DNA from: Veillonellales bacterium
Lineage (GTDB): Bacteria; Bacillota; Negativicutes; JAAYSF01
DNA: 64,000 nucleotides
NCBI GenBank assembly: GCA_039680175.1
Contig: JBDKTO010000026.1
Span: forward strand, 2,721 to 66,720
Direction of reading: 5' to 3'
In this document: positions 57,880 through 64,000 of the stretch, piece by piece
How positions within the stretch are numbered: position 1 is the stretch's first letter
Layout: each line of letters starts with the position of its first letter
Made by a program: the position numbers and the translations under genes
The notes under the pieces: generated by a model
The model's database searches: none
Told to the model about the DNA's origin: nothing
What the model saw: only the letters and a program-made list of their open reading frames with translations

Positions 57880-59112
57880 ATGAATGAAGGTTTATTGGAA
57901 AAGTATGCTTCTTTAGTTGTGAAGATGGGTGTAAACATTCATAAAGGCCAAACGCTGGTAATTTCTTCGCCGCTTGAATGCGCTCCTTTTGTCCGCATTT
58001 TGTCCCGGGCTGCTTATCAGCAGGGAGCCCGGGAAGTCGTGCTGAATTGGAAGGATGAGCTGTCGGCTCAAATTAAGTTTATGCATGCGCCGGAGGAAAT
58101 CTTTGATGAATTTCCCGATTGGCAAAAAGAATTTTATCTGTTTTATCTGCGGCAGGGAGCCGCTTTTATCAGTATCGCCGCTTCCGACCCGGAACTATTA
58201 AAAAATGTGGATCCGACACGAGTCGCCAGGACGCAGAAAGCCGGCAATACTGCCCTTAAAGAATACCGGGAAAGCATGATGAGCAATAAGAATGTCTGGA
58301 GCGTGATATCGGTTCCTACGAAAGCCTGGGCCAAAAAGGTTTTTCCTGACATGGACGAAGCGAGCGCTGTGGGAAAATTGTGGGAAGCAATTTTACAAAC
58401 CGTCAGAGTGGATGCTGCTGACCCGGCGGCTGCCTGGGAACAACACAAGCAAAATCTCAAGACAAGGATGAATTTTTTAAATTCCCATCAATTTAAATTC
58501 TTACGTTATCAGAATTCATTAGGTACTAAGCTGACGGTTGAGCTGCCGACGAATCACATCTGGCTGGGAGGTTCGGAATATACACCGGAGGGTGTGGAAT
58601 TTATGGCCAATATGCCTACGGAAGAAGTATTTACTATGCCGAAGAAGACAGGCGTAAACGGCACGGTGTTCAGTTCCAGACCCTTAAACTACAACGGCAG
58701 CCTGATCGACCGGTTTTCTCTTACTTTTAAAGCGGGAAAGATTGTAGACTTTACAGCGGAAACAGGCGATGAAATACTGAAAAAACTCATCGAAACCGAT
58801 GAAGGTTCCTGCTATCTGGGAGAAGTGGCGCTGGTCCCTTACGATTCGCCAATTTCCAATTCGAAAATATTATATTATAATACGCTGTTTGATGAAAACG
58901 CCTCCTGCCACCTGGCAATGGGTAAGGCTTATCCGGTATGTCTCCAAAACGGGGAGAATATGACAAAAAAAGCATTGGAACAGGCGGGAGCTAACGACTC
59001 CCTGGTTCATGTGGACTTTATGGTAGGAACGGAAGATTTAACGATAATAGGAGTTACTGCGGACGGTAAGGAAATTCCGGTATTTAAAGACGGCAATTTC
59101 GCCAGAAAATAA
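57880..59112 (+). CDS. Aminopeptidase, M29 family (AmpS/PepS-like)
   Basis: LEKYASLVVKMGVNIHKGQTLVI at the start, plus EVF(T)MP, YNTLFDENASCHLA(M)G and HVDFM motifs. Confidence 0.88.
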   Translation: MNEGLLEKYASLVVKMGVNIHKGQTLVISSPLECAPFVRILSRAAYQQGAREVVLNWKDELSAQIKFMHAPEEIFDEFPDWQKEFYLFYLRQGAAFISIAASDPELLKNVDPTRVARTQKAGNTALKEYRESMMSNKNVWSVISVPTKAWAKKVFPDMDEASAVGKLWEAILQTVRVDAADPAAAWEQHKQNLKTRMNFLNSHQFKFLRYQNSLGTKLTVELPTNHIWLGGSEYTPEGVEFMANMPTEEVFTMPKKTGVNGTVFSSRPLNYNGSLIDRFSLTFKAGKIVDFTAETGDEILKKLIETDEGSCYLGEVALVPYDSPISNSKILYYNTLFDENASCHLAMGKAYPVCLQNGENMTKKALEQAGANDSLVHVDFMVGTEDLTIIGVTADGKEIPVFKDGNFARK

Positions 59113-59139
59113 CGATAATTTTATCTGCAGCATACTGAT

Positions 59140-59178
59140 AAAGGCGCCCCTTTCCGCACGCGGCAAAGGACGCCTTTT
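59140..59178. terminator. Hairpin between convergent genes (probable terminator)
   Basis: An imperfect AAAGGCG...CGCCTTTT stem between the aminopeptidase stop and the C_GCAxxG_C_C gene stop. Confidence 0.5.
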
Positions 59179-59187
59179 CACGTGAAA

Positions 59188-59619
59188 TTATGCTTTAGCA
59201 GTTCCCTTTTCCCGGGAAATAATTTGGTCGAGAATTTCTGCCGCTTTCGCAATAATATTCCGGCATTTTATTTCTTCATTGCGATGATGGTCTTTCAAGT
59301 AGGCACAGTTAATATCGCCCATTTCTTTCTTATAGGCGTCAAACAGCTCCTTGGTCAGATCTTTTATCCGGGAACTTTCGTGAGCTCTGTCTTTAACGAA
59401 TAAGATTCCTAATACCATGATGGATGCAGTGAGGGCACCGCATACATTCTCGATCGCCATTCCTCCGCCGAAGCCGGCAGATACTTTTAAGGCATTTGGA
59501 TCTAAATGTAAGCCGTAAGCTTGGTTGGCTCCATATAAAAGTTTTTCCGCACAATTATAATCTTCTTTTTCGCCAAAACCTTCTTTAATTAGCTCGCTTA
59601 GCATAGCTGATTCCTCCAT
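59188..59619 (-). CDS. C_GCAxxG_C_C family protein (putative redox-active)
   Basis: DYNCAEKLL and ENVCGALTASIMVLG give the signature C...GCAxxG spacing of this family. Confidence 0.8.
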   Translation of the reverse strand: MEESAMLSELIKEGFGEKEDYNCAEKLLYGANQAYGLHLDPNALKVSAGFGGGMAIENVCGALTASIMVLGILFVKDRAHESSRIKDLTKELFDAYKKEMGDINCAYLKDHHRNEEIKCRNIIAKAAEILDQIISREKGTAKA

Positions 59620-59797
59620 TATAGTTACCAGGGCGATTTTCCCGGGCGTATTAATTTATAAAAGATAAATTCGACTCCAGCGGCTGGGTTACCTTCCGGA
59701 TAGAGATTTATTTTTAATTTTATCGGGGTTGTTATTGTATAAAATAGAAAGTCAGGGTATAATATAAATGAACATATGCTCAATTGGAGGATTTGAA

Positions 59798-60283
59798 ATG
59801 CCCCGTAGACGTTGTTGTGGAATCGTCGAAGAAATTCCCTGTTGTCAGCGGTTTGTGCCGGAAGGAGGAACTGATACAGGGGTATATGAAATTTCGCTTG
59901 AGGAACTGGAAGCTGTCAGATTGAAAGATGTGGAAGGCATGGATCAGACAGCTTGTGCTATTCGCATGAGAGTATCGCGTCCGACCTTTCAGCGTATTTT
60001 ACAGCGTGCCAGAAATAAGATTGCCTTGGCGCTAGTGAAGGGTCAGACGATTATAATACAAGGAGGTCATTATATGTTAAAGAACCGAGTTTTTGAGTGT
60101 GCCGATTGTGGTCATACCTGGGAAGTTGAACCATGCTCCGAGGGTGGCAAGCATGGGTATGAGATTGCCTGTCCCAAGTGTGGAAGTATGAAGAAGTTCA
60201 AGTTAAGCGATGAGGGTGAAAAACATGCCTGCGGCGGTGGGCATCATCACGGCGGCTGCTGCGGGGGACATAGCCACGAATAG
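59798..60283 (+). CDS. DUF134 (UPF0251) putative DNA-binding protein fused to a C-terminal zinc ribbon and a His/Cys-rich tail
   Basis: MPRRRCC...FVPEG...LEELEAVRLKDVEGMDQTACAIRMRVSRPTFQRILQRARNKIALALV is DUF134-like. It is followed by CADCGH...CPKCGS and HACGGGHHHGGCCGGHSHE. Confidence 0.75.
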   Translation: MPRRRCCGIVEEIPCCQRFVPEGGTDTGVYEISLEELEAVRLKDVEGMDQTACAIRMRVSRPTFQRILQRARNKIALALVKGQTIIIQGGHYMLKNRVFECADCGHTWEVEPCSEGGKHGYEIACPKCGSMKKFKLSDEGEKHACGGGHHHGGCCGGHSHE

Positions 60284-60317
60284 TGGCGGTTGGATTATAT
60301 CCATAAATAGTACGAAA

Positions 60318-60356
60318 ACAATAACGGCTAAACAAGTCCGTTGTTGTTTTTTTTTT
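60318..60356 (+). terminator. Intrinsic terminator
   Basis: ACAATAACGG / CCGTTGTTGT stem (one G-U pair) followed by a T10 run. Confidence 0.65.
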
Positions 60357-60450
60357 GTTCAGGAAGCGGACAGAATTAGCGAAGTTGGTTTGGTATTCGG
60401 CAAACAGGGAATAATAACCGGGAGCTTTAGAGAAGGTGAGGTGGTATGCG

Positions 60451-62325
60451 ATGATTGACAATATTGTTGTAAACAGTATTCGCTATCTGAAAAAGTTGAT
60501 TACTTACCAACCGCCTCAAAGTGCGAAGCCATTTGTCCTTGAAGAAAGCCCTTATGACAAGCAGCGGCAAAATTCCCCGGGAAGTTCAAGAAAAAATCGT
60601 CTAACCGACGACGCCCAAGAAATTCAAAAATTGCTGGTGCAGGCTCGCGAACTGGAAAATACAATGGAGAAAGCGAAGACTGCAATTGAAAAAGGGAAAG
60701 CCGCTTCGCTCAAAGAAATAGCCGAACAGCTGAGAGAATTGGGGAAAAGGCAAATTGAACTGGATCCAATTGCACTTTCCTATGATACGCAGATCGAGGT
60801 TATACAGCGTATTGTGAGCACTAGTCTGGATGAGAACGAGGCGATTTTACGAACTCTATATAATCTGCCGGAAAACAAAGACTTGATTATCCGGCATTTT
60901 GAAATACCCAGCAGTTCGCCCGTCGAAGCCATGATCGTGTTCTTGGATGGAATGATTGACAAAAATACGATTAATATGTCTGTTCTTCAACCATTAATGA
61001 TATTTGGCCATACGATTGAGAATGGAGAAAATCTCATTGCAACCATTGTGTCGGCAGCGTTACCGAATAATGAAACGAAGCTGCTGGCCGGGTTTCGCGA
61101 AATTGCCGATAATATCAACCGGGGCGATTCTGCCGTTTTTTTTGCCGGAGCGAAGGAAGCGGTTGTTGTTTCTACCAAGGGGTATGCTACCCGGGGTATC
61201 GGGCGCCCGATGCTGGAACAGACAGTAAGAGGGTCGCAGTCGGCATTTAGTGAATCTCTGCGGATCAATACCGGCTTGCTGCGGACTATGCTGCCGTCAA
61301 ACGATCTGGTGACTGAAATTATAACAGTAGGTGATCGTATTCCGGCCAAATGCGCCATCATCTATATGAAATCCATTGTCAATCCGGCTTTAGTCCGGGA
61401 GGTTAAGCGCCGTATCCGGAGTATCCGTACTGATTATATTGTCGATATCGGGATATTGGAACAGTTTATCGAGGATCACCCCAAGATGCCTTTTCCCCAA
61501 ATGCTGTCTACCGAGCGGCCTGATCGGACGGCGGTCAATATTGTTGAGGGCCGGGTTGCTATTTTGCTTGACGGAATTCCTTTCGCTCATATTGCGCCGG
61601 TGAGCTTTTTTAGTTTTTTTCACACCATGGAAGATTTTAGTTTAAAAATACCTGCCGGCAGTTTCATGCGGCTGCTGCGGTTAGTTTCCTCTTTCTTCAC
61701 CATTACTCTGCCTTCCATTTATCTTGCGATTAATTATTTCCATCCGGAAGCGCTGCCGACGGAAATGCTGCTGGCAATTGCCGGTGCCAGGGAAGCCGTT
61801 CCATTTCCGGCCTTGCTGGAAATCGTGATTATGGAAGCCTCCTTTGAGCTTATTCGGGAAGCCGGTTTGCGTATACCCGGTATGCTTGGTTCTACCATTG
61901 GCATTGTCGGCGCCATCATTCTTGGTCAGGCGGCGGTTGCCGCCAATATTGTCAGTCCTGTCCTGGTGGTTGTGATTGCGATTACCGGGTTAGCGTCCTT
62001 TGCACTACCGGATTATCGATTTTCTTTTGGTGTCCGGCTTACCCGATTTATTTTTTTGCTGCTGGCCGCTTCCTTGGGACTGGTTGGAGTTTCTTTCGGG
62101 TTACTGTTGCTGACGGTAATGTTATCTTCCATGAAATCAATCGGCGTTCCCTATATGACTCCCATCGGGCCAAAAACAAACGCCGGTTTAGATGCAGTTA
62201 TACGGGGACCGGTATTTCAGCAGGAATTCCGACCTGATGAGCTGAATGCGCAGGATGAAAGAAGGCAGCCTCGCATAAGCCGTCAATGGATTAAAAGACA
62301 CGGTGAGAGGGGAAATCGGCAGTGA
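60451..62325 (+). CDS. Spore germination protein, GerA family A subunit (with a long N-terminal extension)
   Basis: STERPDRTAVNIVEGRVAILLDGIPFAHIAPVSFF and EASFELIREAGLRIPG..GSTIGIVGAIILGQAAV are canonical GerAA motifs. Confidence 0.9.
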   Translation: MIDNIVVNSIRYLKKLITYQPPQSAKPFVLEESPYDKQRQNSPGSSRKNRLTDDAQEIQKLLVQARELENTMEKAKTAIEKGKAASLKEIAEQLRELGKRQIELDPIALSYDTQIEVIQRIVSTSLDENEAILRTLYNLPENKDLIIRHFEIPSSSPVEAMIVFLDGMIDKNTINMSVLQPLMIFGHTIENGENLIATIVSAALPNNETKLLAGFREIADNINRGDSAVFFAGAKEAVVVSTKGYATRGIGRPMLEQTVRGSQSAFSESLRINTGLLRTMLPSNDLVTEIITVGDRIPAKCAIIYMKSIVNPALVREVKRRIRSIRTDYIVDIGILEQFIEDHPKMPFPQMLSTERPDRTAVNIVEGRVAILLDGIPFAHIAPVSFFSFFHTMEDFSLKIPAGSFMRLLRLVSSFFTITLPSIYLAINYFHPEALPTEMLLAIAGAREAVPFPALLEIVIMEASFELIREAGLRIPGMLGSTIGIVGAIILGQAAVAANIVSPVLVVVIAITGLASFALPDYRFSFGVRLTRFIFLLLAASLGLVGVSFGLLLLTVMLSSMKSIGVPYMTPIGPKTNAGLDAVIRGPVFQQEFRPDELNAQDERRQPRISRQWIKRHGERGNRQ

Positions 62326-63437
62326 GCTATAAGACGGGACGAATGGGGATGGCTGAGGGCATTGCTTTGGTTTTTGTTTTAACAATTCCGCGGCTGTTTT
62401 TGACGGCACCGGCCGAGGTTGTCGATGCAGCCGGGCCAATCGGCTGGCTTATCCCTCTGTTTTCCAGTATTACGCCGCTAATCGCATTTTGGCTGCTGGT
62501 TTATGTTTTAATGCAGACAGCGGGAGACGATTTGTTTACTGCGGCTCAACATTTTCTGGGACCGATAGTAGGATTTGGTATTGGCCTGTTTTATGCCGTT
62601 ATGTTTTTGCTGAATGCAGCAATCTTATTAAGACAGTTCGCCGAGAATACGCTTTTGACAGCGCTGCCGTTGCTGGAGTTTAGTACCGCTGTCGGTTTAT
62701 ATGTTCTGGTTGCGGCGATAGTAATATACGCGAGTATTGAGGGACTGTCACGGGCTGCCTATATCATTCTTCCCTTTGGCACCGTTGCTATCATTATCAG
62801 TCTATTATTACTGTTTCCTTTTTATAATTTTTATCACTTGTTTCCCTGGCAGGGAAAAGGACTGGGAACGTTATTCAAATCCAGTATTTTGCTATCCGGA
62901 GCTAATATCGGAGTGATAGCCCTTGCCATTCTGGCCCCTTCCTTTCAGAATTTGAGGACAATTAAAATTGCCGGCCTTTTTGGTTTGGGCGGAGTCGCCT
63001 TATTGAGGACAGCTTCGACACTGGCCTTTGTCATGATATTCGGCTGCGGCGCCGGCCGGGAAAAAACACTGGCTTTTTTTGAAATGGTGCGATTGGTGAA
63101 CTTAAGCCGTTACTTACAGCGGGTCGAGGCATTGTTTATTTTATTATGGGTCATTGTTGGTGTGCTTGCGATTGCGGCAAATTTATATGTTGGCATGTAT
63201 CTGATTACCCGTTTATTTAATTTGCCGGCACTTCGGCCGATTATTCCGATTGTTTGTTTGTTGATAGCGCAAATAGCGATGATTCCTGACGATATTACCG
63301 ACGTTATTCAACTGGCCAGAGAATTCAATATAATATATATGAATGTCGGTCTCTATGCTATTCCGTTCCTGTTATTCATCGCCGCTTTCATCAGACGCCG
63401 GAAAAGGAGGGCTGGGGCGTGTACTGCAGAATCATAG
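62322..63437 (+). CDS. Spore germination protein, GerAB-type permease (APC superfamily)
   Basis: A ten-TM profile in B-subunit position. A 4-nt overlap with the A-subunit stop. The start is uncertain (GTG at 62322 or ATG at 62343). Confidence 0.8.
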   Translation: MSYKTGRMGMAEGIALVFVLTIPRLFLTAPAEVVDAAGPIGWLIPLFSSITPLIAFWLLVYVLMQTAGDDLFTAAQHFLGPIVGFGIGLFYAVMFLLNAAILLRQFAENTLLTALPLLEFSTAVGLYVLVAAIVIYASIEGLSRAAYIILPFGTVAIIISLLLLFPFYNFYHLFPWQGKGLGTLFKSSILLSGANIGVIALAILAPSFQNLRTIKIAGLFGLGGVALLRTASTLAFVMIFGCGAGREKTLAFFEMVRLVNLSRYLQRVEALFILLWVIVGVLAIAANLYVGMYLITRLFNLPALRPIIPIVCLLIAQIAMIPDDITDVIQLAREFNIIYMNVGLYAIPFLLFIAAFIRRRKRRAGACTAES

Positions 63438-64000
63438 CCAGTCTGCTGCTTATCTGTATGGCGACACTATCACTTGGATGTTTTGGTTCCCGGGAAACAG
63501 ATGAAGTAGCGTATGTATTAGCCATTGGAATCGATAAGTCGGATGAGGCAGGTATGATTAATGTTACTTACCAAATCGCAATTCCCAGAACGCTGGCCGG
63601 CGGTCCTGCCGCTGGAGCAAAGAGTGAGAAAGATGTTATAGACGTCACAATAAAAGCACCTTCCTTAGCGGAGGCGCGCTCCTTGTTAAACAGTGTTGAG
63701 TCCCGGGCAGCTAATTTATCCCATAACAAAATTTTCATTTTTGGGGAAGAATATGCCCGTGAAGGGATCGGTGATGTTCTTGGCCCTTTGCTGCGTTTTC
63801 GCGAGTTTCGCGGCTCGATGTTCATCATGGTTGTAAAGGACGATACTGCAAAAAATTATATTAATAAAAACAAGCCTAAACTGGAAGCGCTGCCCTCCCG
63901 CTTTTATGAGAGTATGTTTTTAACTTCAGGCGAAACTTCTTATTATCTGCAAACATTTCTGCATGATTTTTATACTCGCCTGAAGTCCGGCGGTGCTTCA
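63419..64000 (+). CDS. Spore germination lipoprotein, Ger(x)C family; the 3' end lies outside the window
   Basis: It is not in the ORF track because no stop falls within the window. GTG lies 8 nt after AGGAGG. Lipobox LSLGC. AYVLAIGIDK and SHNKIFIFGEEYAREGI are typical of GerAC. Confidence 0.8.
   Translation, partial: MYCRIIASLLLICMATLSLGCFGSRETDEVAYVLAIGIDKSDEAGMINVTYQIAIPRTLAGGPAAGAKSEKDVIDVTIKAPSLAEARSLLNSVESRAANLSHNKIFIFGEEYAREGIGDVLGPLLRFREFRGSMFIMVVKDDTAKNYINKNKPKLEALPSRFYESMFLTSGETSYYLQTFLHDFYTRLKSGGAS

Overview
This is a chromosomal window of about 60 genes. It probably comes from a diderm, spore-forming Firmicute (Negativicutes-like), because a TolC-family outer-membrane channel and a GerA-type germinant receptor operon occur in the same window. 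All calls come from reading the supplied translations and the DNA by eye. No searches were run, and family assignments rest on remembered motifs.

Contents in order:
1. 1-5.7 kb: the 3' part of a bacterial microcompartment (BMC) operon. It encodes an acylating aldehyde dehydrogenase, PduS-like and PduT-like proteins, three BMC-H shell genes, a FAH-family enzyme and an acetate/propionate kinase.
2. 5.9-8.4 kb: an rhmT-rhmD (L-rhamnonate transporter and dehydratase) pair.
3. 9.4-14 kb: an aroF-aroA-pheA-aroC operon. Its leader carries a Phe/Tyr-rich mini-ORF and a perfect intrinsic terminator.
4. 14.3-18.3 kb: an amino-acid ABC transporter and a LysR regulator.
5. 18.6-22.4 kb: a compositionally odd, decaying accessory patch. 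It holds a GNAT remnant, an rsgA-like GTPase, a CD3324-like HTH gene, a frameshifted cas10 HD-domain remnant and rhuM.
6. 22.5-34.2 kb: a dense signalling region. It includes a 994-aa sensor that fuses a classical histidine kinase, a receiver and a second LytS-type kinase.
7. 34.5-41.9 kb: urtABCDE-ureABC, with no urease accessory genes in the window.
8. 42-45.7 kb: a sigma-54 activator, a palindromic upstream site, a -24/-12 promoter and a split UxaA-type dehydratase.
9. 45.7-53 kb: methionine genes, small genes and an OmpR-type two-component system.
10. 53.4-57.8 kb: a TolC/MacAB-like efflux operon.
11. 57.9-64 kb: an M29 aminopeptidase, a divergent C_GCAxxG_C_C / DUF134 pair and a gerA operon that runs off the window.

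No rRNA, tRNA, CRISPR array or intact mobile element was seen.

The best leads are the BMC/rhamnonate/FAH association, the candidate leader-peptide attenuator of the aro operon, and the kinase-REC-kinase fusion.
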